Assembly: GCA_963796105.1 (NCBI GenBank)
Contig: CAWCKJ010000003.1
Location: forward strand, 256,001-320,000
Reading direction: 5' to 3'
Length of the DNA: 64,000 bases
From: a candidate division FCPU426 bacterium
Lineage (GTDB): Bacteria; Oederibacteriota; Muellerivitia; Muellerivitales; Muellerivitaceae
Shown here: piece after piece, positions 30,790 to 41,428 of the stretch
Position numbering within the stretch: position 1 is the stretch's first letter
How the letters are laid out: every line of letters begins with the position of its first letter
The notes under the pieces: model-generated
Told to the model about the DNA's origin: nothing
Seen by the model: the letters and a program-made list of their open reading frames with translations, nothing else
Database searches by the model: none
Made by a program: the position numbers and the translations under genes

Positions 30790-30866
30790 GGGCGAATAGC
30801 TCAGCTGGTTAGAGCACCTGCTTTACACGCAGGGGGTCACAGGTTCAAGTCCTGTTTCGCCCACCA
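30790..30866 (+). tRNA. tRNA-Val(UAC)
   Basis: Anticodon arm CCTGC-TTTACAC-GCAGG; encoded CCA. Confidence 0.97.
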
Positions 30867-31020
30867 TGTTTTCAACGGTTTTACGACTTCACATCCTGGC
30901 CGGCAAGGGTCCGTATCATATCCGTTTCAAACTTAGAGGCCTGTGCTTGTGCCGCCCATTTGCTGATCAGGAACTTCAAGGACTTTGGCCCCAAATAAAT
31001 AATCGAGTATACTGATACTC

Positions 31021-31302
31021 ATGATTATCGAATGGGATGCCGTTAAAGCTCGGAAAAACCAGGCTAAACACCATGTGTCTTTTGATGAAGCCACCACAGT
31101 GTTTGGAGATCCGCTGGCTTTGACCATTCCAGATCCCGTCCATAGCGACGAGGAAGAAAGGTTCGTAACGATAGGCGTTACGGCAAATTTAAAGATGGTG
31201 GTTGTTGTGCATGTTGACCATAATGAACAAATCCGGATCATCAGCGCAAGAAATGCCAATTGGCGTGAAAGGAGCGATTATGAAGAAGGTATCAAATCGT
31301 GA
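31021..31302 (+). CDS. BrnT-family toxin
   Basis: EWDAVKARKNQAKHHVSFDEA..F.DP, EERF, IRIISARNA. Confidence 0.93.
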   Translation: MIIEWDAVKARKNQAKHHVSFDEATTVFGDPLALTIPDPVHSDEEERFVTIGVTANLKMVVVVHVDHNEQIRIISARNANWRERSDYEEGIKS

Positions 31303-31477
31303 AAGGGTACTTCCGGAATACGATTTTTCCCGGGGTGTAAGGGGAAAATACGCCAAACGGTACCATCAGAAAGTCAATGTAGCCGTGTTGGAGCCGGATG
31401 TGGCCGAGCATTTCCCGAATTCGGAAGCCGTCAATCAAGCTCTGCGGTCCGTGGTGGCTGTGCGGGGTAAGAAGTGA
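31280..31477 (+). CDS. BrnA-like antitoxin
   Basis: EYDFSRGVRGKYAKRY...LEPDVAEHFPNSEAVNQALR; overlaps the toxin gene. Confidence 0.88.
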   Translation: MKKVSNRERVLPEYDFSRGVRGKYAKRYHQKVNVAVLEPDVAEHFPNSEAVNQALRSVVAVRGKK

Positions 31478-31818
31478 TATGAATAAGCCTCACAAGACCG
31501 TCGAACATTGATTCAAAACCCATTGCAATTCTAAAATTCTTTGAGCCAGTCTTAGGTATTTTTTGATTTATTGTCATAATCGGGTTTGATGCGTATAAGA
31601 CAGCGTGCCAGGAACAAGGGAGCAGCAGGTACGGATAGAAACAACCATAATCCAATCCTGCTGGGGTAACCGCCTTTGACTTTCATTTGAAAATAAGAGT
31701 GCAAACTAAATTTCATTTGGACGAGAACTATCCGAAGGATTCCGAAGATTGGCTTGTTTTTTTAAGGGTTTTGGTTAAAATTGCCTTCCTCGCATCGAAA
31801 TTTTTTCAATTTTAAACT

Positions 31819-31894
31819 GGGGGCGTAGCTCAGCTGGGAGAGCACTTCCATGGCATGGAAGGGGTCGTGGGTTCGATCCCCATCGCCTCCACCA
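31819..31894 (+). tRNA. tRNA-Ala(GGC)
   Basis: Anticodon arm CTTCC-ATGGCAT-GGAAG; GGGGGCG acceptor stem; encoded CCA. Confidence 0.96.
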
Positions 31895-32040
31895 GTTTTT
31901 TAGTTTTCCCGAATCTTGTTTTTTCCTCTTCCTCTTCTTTTAATCGTTATTTCCATTAAAATAACAATCTCCTGAACCTTATCGTTCCTTGTTTGATTAA
32001 TCCGGACGGTAAAATGGAACAAAAATCAAAAAGGCTTCTC

Positions 32041-33186
32041 ATGCGCACTCGTGAGCAACTCGAAAATATTGAACGGGAAACCTTAGCTCCTTTCGCCCAG
32101 AAATCAAGAGAAAGCCGGGGACGGCAATATCCAGAGGCCGAGCACCCCTACCGCACGGCTTTCCAAAGGGATCGGGACCGCATCATCCATTCCTCCGCTT
32201 TCAGGCGGCTTCAATATAAAACCCAAGTGTTCGTCAATCATGAGGGGGATTATTACCGGACCCGGATTACCCATACCTTGGAAGTGGCCCAAATCGCCCG
32301 TTCCATCGCTAGAAGCCTGGGCTTGAACCAGGACTTAACCGAGGCTGTAGCCCTGGCCCATGACCTGGGCCATACCCCCTTCGGGCACTCAGGGGAAAAA
32401 GTCCTGAACGAGATCATGAAAAATGATGGCGGGTTCGAGCATAACGCGCAAAGCTACAAGGTAGTAACCCACTTGGAGGACAAATACCCCTCCTTCCGGG
32501 GTCTTAACCTTTCCTTCGAAGTACTGGAGGGAATTGACAAGCACCGGACCCGCTACGACCGGAAGGAGGAAACCCAGGAGCAATACACCCTGGAGGCTCA
32601 AATCGTGGACTTGTCCGATGAAATAGCCTATACCTCCCATGACGTGGACGACGGTTTGACCTCCGGCCTGCTTGATTTCGATGGTTTGAACGAAGTTCCC
32701 CTCTGGAGAAAAAATCTCGATAAGGTGAAGGCGGCTGATCCCGAGATGGGAAAGGACAAATTGAAATACCAGGCTGTCCGGGAACTCATCAACGAGCAGG
32801 TATCCGATCTACTGGATGAAACCGACCGCCGAATCTTGACCTTCAAGATACAAACCTGCGCTGATGTCCGGAAATGCCCGGAAGAGCTCGCGGCTTTTTC
32901 CCCGGATTTCCGGCACCAGCACTTGGAGTTGAAGCGCTACCTGTTTCAGCACATGTACCGCCACAACAAGGTGACCAGGATGGAGTCCAAAGCCCACAGG
33001 GTCTTGAAAGAATTGTTCAGCCTTTACGAGGAAAATCCAGAAATCCTCCCGGCGAATACCCGGGAAAAAATCCGCGTAAACCAGGAGCCGCTCCGCAGGA
33101 TCATTTGCGACTACATCGCCGGGATGACCGACCGTTACGCCATCGAGGAATATGAAAAGCTGACCGAACCCTCCATGAGGGTTTAA
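32041..33186 (+). CDS. dgt: dGTP triphosphohydrolase-like HD protein
   Basis: FQRDRDRI, RRLQYKTQVF, TRITHTLEV, HDLGHTPFGHSGE, DYIAGMTD; 32014 is an alternative start. Confidence 0.95.
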   Translation: MRTREQLENIERETLAPFAQKSRESRGRQYPEAEHPYRTAFQRDRDRIIHSSAFRRLQYKTQVFVNHEGDYYRTRITHTLEVAQIARSIARSLGLNQDLTEAVALAHDLGHTPFGHSGEKVLNEIMKNDGGFEHNAQSYKVVTHLEDKYPSFRGLNLSFEVLEGIDKHRTRYDRKEETQEQYTLEAQIVDLSDEIAYTSHDVDDGLTSGLLDFDGLNEVPLWRKNLDKVKAADPEMGKDKLKYQAVRELINEQVSDLLDETDRRILTFKIQTCADVRKCPEELAAFSPDFRHQHLELKRYLFQHMYRHNKVTRMESKAHRVLKELFSLYEENPEILPANTREKIRVNQEPLRRIICDYIAGMTDRYAIEEYEKLTEPSMRV

Positions 33187-33238
33187 GCCGTTTTCCCTTC
33201 GGGTATAACCGCCGGTATCTCCTCCTTTCCGCCCCATG

Positions 33239-33325
33239 TTGACAGCTTTCCGCCTTTAACTTAAGATGCCCTTGTTAAAAGTCCCCGTAAGTACGCCTCA
33301 AGCGTTTCGCCTACGGGGGCTTTTT
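33239..33325 (+). promoter_or_regulatory. Sigma70 promoter followed by a terminator-like hairpin in the arg operon leader
   Basis: TTGACA-17-TAAGAT at 33239-33267; AAAAGTCCCCGTA...TACGGGGGCTTTTT at 33277-33325. Confidence 0.6.
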
Positions 33326-33344
33326 CATTTTGAGGAGAAGAAAA

Positions 33345-34547
33345 ATGGAAACATACCAAATCATCCAGCAGGGCGACGATTATCTTTTGCCGGTGTACAG
33401 CCGGAAGAAGATCGTGCTCATGCGAGGGGAAGGGGTCCATGTTTACGACTCCGAAAGGGCCGTCTATCTCGACTTTTTCTCCGGGATCGCGGTGAACGGG
33501 CTGGGGCAAGCCCACCCGGACGTCGTAAGCGCCATCATCGAGGAAACCAAAAAGCTCGGGCATGTCTCCAACTATTACTACAACGAGCCCAACGTGAAAC
33601 TAGCCAAGCTCCTGTGCGACGTCTCCTTCGCCCAGAAGGTGTTTTTCTGCAACTCTGGCACCGAGGCGACCGAGGCGGCCATCAAGCTGACCAGGAAGTA
33701 TTTCAGGGGAAAAGGGCAGGATAAATACGAAATCATCAGTTTCTACAATTCATTCCACGGAAGAACCCTTGGGTCCATTTCGGCCACCGGCCAGGTCAAG
33801 TTCCAGGAGGGATTGGACCCGCTTCTTCCCGGTTTCAAGCACGCAACCTTCAACAACATTGAAAGCGTGAAGAAACTGGTGAATGACAAGACAGGCGCCA
33901 TCCTGGTCGAACCGATCCAATGCGAGGGCGGCATCCGGATCTCGGACCAGGCGTTTTTAAGGGAGTTGAGGGATCTCTGCGATGAAAAGGGGATTTTCCT
34001 CATCCTGGACGAGGTGCAGTGCGGAATGGGCAGAACCGGCAAGATGTGGGCTTATGAGCATTATGGAATCGAGCCGGACATGATGACGGCCGCGAAAGCG
34101 CTTGGGGGCGGATTGCCCATGGGCGCCTTGTTGGTGACCAACCAGGCGGCGCAGGGCTTCAAACCCGGCGACCACGCCTCCACTTTCGGGGGCAATCCCA
34201 TCGTCAGCGCGGCCTCGGTCGCCACTCTCGAGGTCATCATCGGAAAAGACCTTTTACAGCACGCCACCCAGGAAGGGGAATACCTGAAGCAGGCGCTCCA
34301 ATCCATCTTGAGGGAACACCCGACTTTGTTTACCCAATGGAGGGGCATGGGCCTCATTCAAGGCCTTGAAATGAATCGGAAAGCCTCTTCCTTGGTGGAC
34401 AACTGCGCCAAGCAGGGGCTACTGGTCGGGACCGCTAACGAGAATGTCCTCCGGTTCCTGCCTCCCTTGGTGATCAAGCATTCGGATATAGACCAAGCGA
34501 TGGATAAGCTGAGAAAAGCCATCGCTGAAGAACTCAAAAGCGCCTGA
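33345..34547 (+). CDS. argD: Acetylornithine aminotransferase
   Basis: NSGTEA, FHGRT, DEVQCGMGRTG, AKALGGG, HASTFGGNP. Confidence 0.95.
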   Translation: METYQIIQQGDDYLLPVYSRKKIVLMRGEGVHVYDSERAVYLDFFSGIAVNGLGQAHPDVVSAIIEETKKLGHVSNYYYNEPNVKLAKLLCDVSFAQKVFFCNSGTEATEAAIKLTRKYFRGKGQDKYEIISFYNSFHGRTLGSISATGQVKFQEGLDPLLPGFKHATFNNIESVKKLVNDKTGAILVEPIQCEGGIRISDQAFLRELRDLCDEKGIFLILDEVQCGMGRTGKMWAYEHYGIEPDMMTAAKALGGGLPMGALLVTNQAAQGFKPGDHASTFGGNPIVSAASVATLEVIIGKDLLQHATQEGEYLKQALQSILREHPTLFTQWRGMGLIQGLEMNRKASSLVDNCAKQGLLVGTANENVLRFLPPLVIKHSDIDQAMDKLRKAIAEELKSA

Positions 34548-34557
34548 GGTTAACGCC

Positions 34558-35499
34558 ATGCAAAAACAACCGCGTCATTTACTGACGCTTCAGGAATTTT
34601 CCACCGGTGAAATCCTGGAGCTGTTAAACCTTGCCAAGAAGTTGAAGGAGAATCCCCTCAAGTATCAATACGCCTTGAAGGGCCAATGCCTGGCCATGAT
34701 TTTTGACAAGAGCTCCACGAGGACGAGGGTTTCCTTCGAGGTCGGCATGACCCAATTGGGCGGCCATGCCCTTTTCATGAACGGGACCGACTTGCAGTTG
34801 GGCCGGGGTGAAACCATATCGGACACGGCTAAAGTCCTGTCCCGCTATGTTCAGGGGATCATGGTGAGGACCTTCGCGCACAAGATCGTCGAGGAGCTCG
34901 CCGAGAACTCCACCATCCCCATCATCAACGGTTTGACCGACAGCCACCATCCCTGCCAGATCCTGGCCGACATGCAGACGATCCTGGAGGCCTTCAAGAG
35001 ATTGAACGGGATCCAGGTGGTTTTCGTGGGGGACGGCAACAATGTGGCCCACAGCCTTTTGGTGGGCGCGGTGAAAACGGGAATGCATCTCAGGCTGGTA
35101 TGCCCCGAGGGCTACAAGCCCGACGCCGCCATCCTGGAATACGCGATGAAGGAAGCCAAAAAAACCGGAAGCCATATTGAGGTGACCTCCAAGGTCAAGG
35201 GCTCCGCCGTCGGCGCCCACGTGGTTTATACGGATGTCTGGGCCAGCATGGGACAGGAAAAGGAGAAATCAAAAAGGCACGAAGCTTTTCAGGGGTTCCA
35301 GGTTGACCAGAAACTCATGGCTGAATCCCCGCGCGCCATATTCCTGCATTGCCTTCCGGCCCACAGGGGCGAGGAAGTTTCGGCGGAAGTCATTGACGGT
35401 TCAAGGTCCAGGGTATGGGACGAGGCGGAAAACCGCCTGCACGCCCAAAAGGCCGTGCTGGCGACCCTCATGGGCAAAAACACAAGGAGCAAGACATGA
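34558..35499 (+). CDS. argF: Ornithine carbamoyltransferase
   Basis: STRTR, HPCQ, GDGNN, DVWASMG, HCLP. Confidence 0.97.
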   Translation: MQKQPRHLLTLQEFSTGEILELLNLAKKLKENPLKYQYALKGQCLAMIFDKSSTRTRVSFEVGMTQLGGHALFMNGTDLQLGRGETISDTAKVLSRYVQGIMVRTFAHKIVEELAENSTIPIINGLTDSHHPCQILADMQTILEAFKRLNGIQVVFVGDGNNVAHSLLVGAVKTGMHLRLVCPEGYKPDAAILEYAMKEAKKTGSHIEVTSKVKGSAVGAHVVYTDVWASMGQEKEKSKRHEAFQGFQVDQKLMAESPRAIFLHCLPAHRGEEVSAEVIDGSRSRVWDEAENRLHAQKAVLATLMGKNTRSKT

Positions 35500-36707
35500 A
35501 AAACATAAAAAAAGTAGTATTGGCCTATTCCGGGGGTTTGGATACCTCCATCATCATTCCATGGCTGAGGGAAAATTACGGCTGTGAGGTGGTGGCTTTC
35601 ATCGCCGATGTCGGCCAGGGCCCAGAGATCGGCCCGGCCCGGCAAAAGGCCCTCAAGACCGGCGCGAAAAAAGTCGTGGTCCAGGACTTGAGAAAGGAAT
35701 TCCTCGATCAATTTTGTTTTCCCGCCCTCCGGGCCCAAGCCAAATACGAGGGGACCTATTTGCTGGGGACCTCCCTGGCAAGGCCCGTGATCGCCAAGGG
35801 AATGGTGGAAACCGCCCTTCGGGAAGGCGCGGACGCCATCGCCCACGGGGCGACAGGCAAGGGAAATGACCAGGTCCGGTTCGAGTTGACCGTCATGGCC
35901 CTCGCGCCCCACTTGAAAATCATCGCCCCTTGGCGGGAATGGGATATCCGGTCCCGGGAAGACGCGATTGATTACGCCACCCGGCACGGGATCCCGGTTC
36001 CAGTCACGAAAAAGCGGCCCTATTCCATGGACGGGAACCTGTGGCATTTGAGCCACGAGGGAGGGGAATTGGAAAACCCCTGGAATGAGCCGACCAAGCA
36101 CGTATTCCTGACGACCAAGGATCCTGCCTCGGCCCCTAAAAGCCAAAAGAACCTTTTGATTATTTTCAAGAACGGAATACCCGTGGGTTTGAACGGGCGT
36201 AAGATGGGATCAGTAGTCCTGGTCCAGAAACTCAATCAACTTGCCGCCGTTTACGGGATTGGCCGGGTGGATATGGTGGAGAACCGTCTAGTGGGGATGA
36301 AAAGCCGGGGCGTTTACGAGTCGCCAGGCGCCACGGTGCTCTACGAGGCCCACAGGGCCCTTCAAACCCTGACGGTTGAGAGGGAATTGCTGCATTACGG
36401 GCAAGTCCTCTCGGTAAAATACGCCGAACTGATATATTACGGCCAATGGTTCTCGCCTCTTCGGGACAGCCTGGAAGCCTTTTTCAAGGATATGCAAAAG
36501 ACCGTGACCGGAGAGGTCAGGGTGGCCCTGCATCCGGGCCGGGTGGTGGCGACAGGTGTCAAATCGCCATACTCGCTTTACCAGGAAGCCCTGGCGACTT
36601 TCGGCGAGGACGAAGTTTACAACCAAAAGGACGCGGAAGGTTTCATAAAGCTTTTCGGACTGCCGATGAAAGTGGTTGGCATGATGAAACGCAGGAGTAA
36701 ATTTTAA
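35496..36707 (+). CDS. argG: Argininosuccinate synthase
   Basis: [37 protein letters not shown]. Confidence 0.97.
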   Translation: MKNIKKVVLAYSGGLDTSIIIPWLRENYGCEVVAFIADVGQGPEIGPARQKALKTGAKKVVVQDLRKEFLDQFCFPALRAQAKYEGTYLLGTSLARPVIAKGMVETALREGADAIAHGATGKGNDQVRFELTVMALAPHLKIIAPWREWDIRSREDAIDYATRHGIPVPVTKKRPYSMDGNLWHLSHEGGELENPWNEPTKHVFLTTKDPASAPKSQKNLLIIFKNGIPVGLNGRKMGSVVLVQKLNQLAAVYGIGRVDMVENRLVGMKSRGVYESPGATVLYEAHRALQTLTVERELLHYGQVLSVKYAELIYYGQWFSPLRDSLEAFFKDMQKTVTGEVRVALHPGRVVATGVKSPYSLYQEALATFGEDEVYNQKDAEGFIKLFGLPMKVVGMMKRRSKF

Positions 36708-36791
36708 ATTCTTAATTTTAAATGACGGATTCATTTTTAATACCAAGTTAAAAATGTTTTTTAAACTTTTATTAAAAAATCGAGGTCTTTC

Positions 36792-38195
36792 ATGAAAAAG
36801 ACATGGGGCGGGAGATTTAAGAAAAACACCGATCCTCAAGTCGAGGCCTTTACCGAGTCGATCTCCTTCGACAGTCGGTTGGGGCTTTTCGATATCGAGG
36901 CCAGCCTGGCCCATGTCCAATCCCTGGTGAAAGCCAAGCTTTTGAAGCCCGATGAGGGGAAAAAGCTTTCCGCTGGCCTCCAAAAGGTCAAAAAACTTTT
37001 CTTGGCGGGCAAACTGCCCATGGGCTCAAACCTGGAGGATATCCACACGGCGGTTGAAAAAGCCCTGACCTCCATCGTCGGGCCTTTGGGAGGCAAGCTC
37101 CACACCGGCAGGTCCAGGAACGACCAGGTCGCCACGGATTTCAGACTCTATCTGCGCCACGCCGTCAAAACCATGGTCCTTGCCGGCTGCGGGTTGATTG
37201 AAACCATCCAAAAAAGAGCCTTGGCTGAGAAAGACACCATCCTTCCTGGATACACCCATCTTCAAAGGGCCATGCCGGTGACCTTGGGCCACCATTTGGC
37301 CGCCTATGCCCATATGCTTTGCAGGGACATGGACAGGTTCCTTTCGTCATGGCATAGGGCCGACGCCCTGCCTTTGGGATCAGGCGCACTCGCAGGCACC
37401 AACCATCCGATCGACCGGATGGCGGTTGCCCGGAATCTCGGCCTTAAAACCATCCTTGAGAACAGCCTGGACGCGGTATCGGACAGGGATGTTTTCGTGG
37501 ATTTCCTTTCAGCCGCCGCGACCACCCAAATGCACCTCTCCCGGCTCTCTGAGGACTTGATCCTTTGGGCCAGCGCAGAGTTCAATTTCATTGAAATGGA
37601 CGACGCCTTTGCCACAGGGTCCAGCCTCATGCCCCAGAAAAAAAATCCCGATGTGGCGGAACTCGTCAGGGGAAAAACAGGAAGAGTTTATGGAAATCTT
37701 TTGGGCCTCCTGACTGTCTTGAAAGGCCTGCCATTGGCTTACAACAGGGACCTGCAAGAGGACAAACATTTTGTATTTGATTCCGCCGACACCGTTCTTT
37801 CCTCCCTTCAAGTGATGAACGGTTTTCTAGGAACCCTTAAATTCAACAGGCCCAGGATGAAAGAAGCCGCCGACGGGGACTTGACCCTCTTGGCCACGGA
37901 TCTGGCCGACTTACTGGTGAAAGAGGGGGTTCCCTTCAGGGAGTCTCATGAAATCGTAGGTAAAGTTGTCCAATACACGCTGAATCTTGGAAAAAGAATT
38001 CAGGACTTAAGCGATGGGGATTTGAAAAAAATCTCGGCTAAGTTCCCAGGGAAGTTCTCGAAAAACCTTTCGATCACGAAATCTGTCGCAAATAAGAAAG
38101 CCCTTGGTGGCCCTTCACCCCAGAATGTGCGGAGACAGGTGATATCTTTGAAAAAAATGGCAAGCCGGCTTAAAAAAGCGGCTCAGACCTTGTAA
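36792..38195 (+). CDS. argH: Argininosuccinate lyase
   Basis: HTGRSRNDQVATD, PGYTHLQRA, GSSLMPQKKNPD. Confidence 0.97.
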   Translation: MKKTWGGRFKKNTDPQVEAFTESISFDSRLGLFDIEASLAHVQSLVKAKLLKPDEGKKLSAGLQKVKKLFLAGKLPMGSNLEDIHTAVEKALTSIVGPLGGKLHTGRSRNDQVATDFRLYLRHAVKTMVLAGCGLIETIQKRALAEKDTILPGYTHLQRAMPVTLGHHLAAYAHMLCRDMDRFLSSWHRADALPLGSGALAGTNHPIDRMAVARNLGLKTILENSLDAVSDRDVFVDFLSAAATTQMHLSRLSEDLILWASAEFNFIEMDDAFATGSSLMPQKKNPDVAELVRGKTGRVYGNLLGLLTVLKGLPLAYNRDLQEDKHFVFDSADTVLSSLQVMNGFLGTLKFNRPRMKEAADGDLTLLATDLADLLVKEGVPFRESHEIVGKVVQYTLNLGKRIQDLSDGDLKKISAKFPGKFSKNLSITKSVANKKALGGPSPQNVRRQVISLKKMASRLKKAAQTL

Positions 38196-38201
38196 GAGGG
38201 A

Positions 38202-39452
38202 ATGATGAAAGGTTTTCATTTAAGTAAAAATCGTTGGTACGCCGAAGGCGTCGATCTTTCCAAAATCGCCCAAAAAGCCGGCACGCCCTGTTACGTCTAT
38301 AGCCTTTCATCCTTCGAGGAAAGATGGAAGGAAATGGACAGGGCCTTTCAATCTGTCCCTCATTTAGTGGCATATTCCATTAAGGTCAACTCCAACCTTT
38401 CGGTGATCCATACCCTCGCCAAACTCGGGACTGGTGTGGACGTCGTCTCGGGAGGAGAGATCTATATCGCCCTCCAGGCTGGGATTCCCGCCAACCGTAT
38501 CATTTACGCGGGGGTCGGCAAAACTGACCGTGATATAACTTACGCCCTTGGCAAAGGCATCCGTTATTTCAACGTGGAATCCATCCCGGAATTGCTGGCG
38601 ATCAACGAGGTCGCGAAAAGGCTCCATAAAATCGCCCCTGTCGCGGTCCGCTTCAATCCAGACGTGGACGCGAAAACCCACCATCACATCACGACGGGCA
38701 AAAAAGAGACCAAATTCGGCGTGGATCTGGACGATTTGGACCTAGTCATGAGAACCGCCAGGAAATGCGGCAATATCAATTGGACCGGCATCCATATGCA
38801 CATTGGAAGCCAGATGACCCAAACCAACTCCATCGGCCAAGCCGTAAAAGTAATGGAAAACCTGGTGTTGAAACTCCGCCGGGAGGCTTTCCCCATTTAC
38901 ACCCTTAATATTGGCGGCGGTTACGGAATTGAATATCACGGGGAAAAACCTCCCAAACCGTCCCAATACGCTTCGAAGGTCCTTCCGATTGTGAAAAAGC
39001 TCAACGCTGAATTAATCCTTGAGCCAGGTAGATATATCGCTGGCAATTCAGGAGTCCTTTTGACCACCCTCACTTACGTGAAAAAAGCCGGGTCCAAAAC
39101 CTTTTATATCGTGGACGCAGGCATGGGGGAATTGATCCGCCCCGCTCTTTACGAGGCCTACCACCGGATCGCGCCTGTCTCGGGTCACCAAAAACCTGCC
39201 CTGAAAGCCGACGTAGTCGGCCCGATCTGCGAATCAACGGACTTTTTCGCCAAAAACCGGCCTCTTCCGAGTTTGAAAAGAGGGGACCTCCTGGTCGTTT
39301 TCTCGGCTGGGGCTTATGGAAGCGTCATGTCCAGCACCTACAACGCCCGCCCTCTGGCTCCGGAGGTCGTCGTGAGGGGAAACCGCTTTGCCATCGCCCG
39401 CCGGCGGCAAAGTTGGAAAGATTTGATTCGCTTGGAAAAAATCACCCTGTAG
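38202..39452 (+). CDS. lysA: Diaminopimelate decarboxylase
   Basis: YSIKVN, KFG, HIGSQ, EPGR, GPICESTD, GAYG. Confidence 0.96.
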   Translation: MMKGFHLSKNRWYAEGVDLSKIAQKAGTPCYVYSLSSFEERWKEMDRAFQSVPHLVAYSIKVNSNLSVIHTLAKLGTGVDVVSGGEIYIALQAGIPANRIIYAGVGKTDRDITYALGKGIRYFNVESIPELLAINEVAKRLHKIAPVAVRFNPDVDAKTHHHITTGKKETKFGVDLDDLDLVMRTARKCGNINWTGIHMHIGSQMTQTNSIGQAVKVMENLVLKLRREAFPIYTLNIGGGYGIEYHGEKPPKPSQYASKVLPIVKKLNAELILEPGRYIAGNSGVLLTTLTYVKKAGSKTFYIVDAGMGELIRPALYEAYHRIAPVSGHQKPALKADVVGPICESTDFFAKNRPLPSLKRGDLLVVFSAGAYGSVMSSTYNARPLAPEVVVRGNRFAIARRRQSWKDLIRLEKITL

Positions 39453-39633
39453 CCATCCGGCCTTCTTAGCCTAAAATATTTTTTAAGTTTCTCAAATCGC
39501 ATTCCCAGGTCCAAAGTACGTCGCGGAACCCTCCTCCACAAAGTTTGCTTGCGATAGGAAGTTAAATTCAATAATATGAACACATTAAAATTATTTTGTG
39601 TGTTTTTTTGTACAGTTAAAAACAGGAGGAAAA

Positions 39634-40530
39634 ATGTTTCGCGGCGCTTTTACAGCCTTGATCACACCTTTTAAAAACGGGGAAGTGGATTTTTCAACCC
39701 TGGAATCCTTGATTGAGAGCCAGATCACGGGAGGAATAGACGGTCTCGTTCCCTGCGGAACCACCGGCGAGTCACCCACGCTCACTGAGAAGGAACATGA
39801 GGCTGTCATCGCCTTCACGGTGAAAACCGCCCGCAAACGCGTTCCTGTTATCGCCGGGACCGGATCTAATTCCACCGCCGAGGCCATCCTTTTAACCAAG
39901 TTCGCCAAGGAAGCCGGCGCTGACGCCGTGCTATTGATTTGCCCTTATTACAACAAACCCAGCCAGAGGGGCTTGATCGCCCATTTCACGGCCATCGCGG
40001 ACAAAGTCCAAATCCCCCAAATCCTCTATAACATCCCGGGACGAACCGGTATCAATTTGCTGCCTGATACACTAGCTGAAATCTCCCGTCACAGGAACAT
40101 CGTCGGGGTCAAGGAAGCCAGCGGCAACCTGGAACAAATGGCTAAAATCAAATCCCTTTGCGGACCTGATTTCGACCTGCTCTCGGGCGACGACCCCCTC
40201 ACCTATTCGCTTCTTGAACTAGGGGGAGTGGGAGTCATTTCCGTCATCTCGAATATTCTTCCCGGTGAGACATCCCGAATGGTCCACAGCTACCTGGATG
40301 GAAAAGTCGAGGAAAGCCGACGGTCTTTTTTGAAATACCTCGACCTGGTCAAAACCATCATGACGGCGGATGTGAATCCCACCGGTATCAAGGCCGCCAT
40401 GGCCCTACGCGGCCAAATCAAAGAGGATTTAAGGCTTCCTTTGGTTCCGGTTACCAGCGAAGCCCGGGAAGCCATCCGCAAACAAATGGACCGCCTCGGT
40501 TTATTGAGCGCGGTCGGTCAAAAACGATGA
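39634..40530 (+). CDS. dapA: 4-hydroxy-tetrahydrodipicolinate synthase
   Basis: GTTGESPTL, PYYNKP, YNIPGRT, VKEASG. Confidence 0.96.
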   Translation: MFRGAFTALITPFKNGEVDFSTLESLIESQITGGIDGLVPCGTTGESPTLTEKEHEAVIAFTVKTARKRVPVIAGTGSNSTAEAILLTKFAKEAGADAVLLICPYYNKPSQRGLIAHFTAIADKVQIPQILYNIPGRTGINLLPDTLAEISRHRNIVGVKEASGNLEQMAKIKSLCGPDFDLLSGDDPLTYSLLELGGVGVISVISNILPGETSRMVHSYLDGKVEESRRSFLKYLDLVKTIMTADVNPTGIKAAMALRGQIKEDLRLPLVPVTSEAREAIRKQMDRLGLLSAVGQKR

Positions 40531-41348
40531 CCGTTAAAATCGCGGTTTCCGGCGCGAGCGGAAGGATGGGTTCCGCCATCCTGGGCTTGGCGGCTAAGGA
40601 CAAGCAATTTGAGATCGTGGGCGCCCTCGATATGTCCTCAAGCCCATCGCAGGGAAAATCTTTGGCGTCGTCATGGCCTTCCTTGGGAATTAAGAACCAA
40701 GCAACCCTACATTCAAACCTCAAATCATTCCCGAATAAGCCTCAGGTCCTGATCGATTTCACCCAACCTCCAGCCACTCTTCAGTACTTGAAAGAAGCAT
40801 TGGCCCTGGGCGTCGGGATGGTGATTGGAACCACCGGCTTTTCAGAATTAGAGAAAAAAACCATCCAATCCGCCTCCAAGAAAATACCTATTGTCCTGTC
40901 CCCCAATATGGCGATCGGGATGAACCTTCTTTTCTTGCTGGCCGAGGAAACAGCCAAGCGATTGGGTATGGAATATGACGTGGAGATCGCGGAAGCCCAC
41001 CACAACCTGAAAAAAGACGCCCCTTCAGGAACAGCCCTGGGCTTGGGCGAGGCCGTAGCAAGGGCCTGGAACGTGGATCTCAATCAAGTTTCCACCCATG
41101 GACGGCAAGGCAAGACTGGAGAAAGGGTCAAGGGAACCATCGGTTTTCACGCCATCCGTGGCGGGGATATCGTGGGGGATCACACGGTCCTTTTTGCCGG
41201 CACGGGTGAGCGCTTGGAATTAACCCATAGGGCCCATAACCGTACGGGATTGGCCCAGGGAGCCCTTAAAGCCGCGATGTTTTTGGGAAAAAAGAAAAAC
41301 GGATTTTTCAACATGGGCGATGTCCTGGGACTTCATTCAAAACACTGA
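40527..41348 (+). CDS. dapB: 4-hydroxy-tetrahydrodipicolinate reductase
   Basis: GASGRMG, IGTTG, EAHHNLKKDAPSGTA. Confidence 0.97.
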   Translation: MTVKIAVSGASGRMGSAILGLAAKDKQFEIVGALDMSSSPSQGKSLASSWPSLGIKNQATLHSNLKSFPNKPQVLIDFTQPPATLQYLKEALALGVGMVIGTTGFSELEKKTIQSASKKIPIVLSPNMAIGMNLLFLLAEETAKRLGMEYDVEIAEAHHNLKKDAPSGTALGLGEAVARAWNVDLNQVSTHGRQGKTGERVKGTIGFHAIRGGDIVGDHTVLFAGTGERLELTHRAHNRTGLAQGALKAAMFLGKKKNGFFNMGDVLGLHSKH

Positions 41349-41428
41349 TTTCTCGTTTCTTCTGGTACTTTTCCATTTTCCGCCGATACCTTACATTCAC
41401 ATATCTTTAGGCAATAAAAGAGGTCGCG

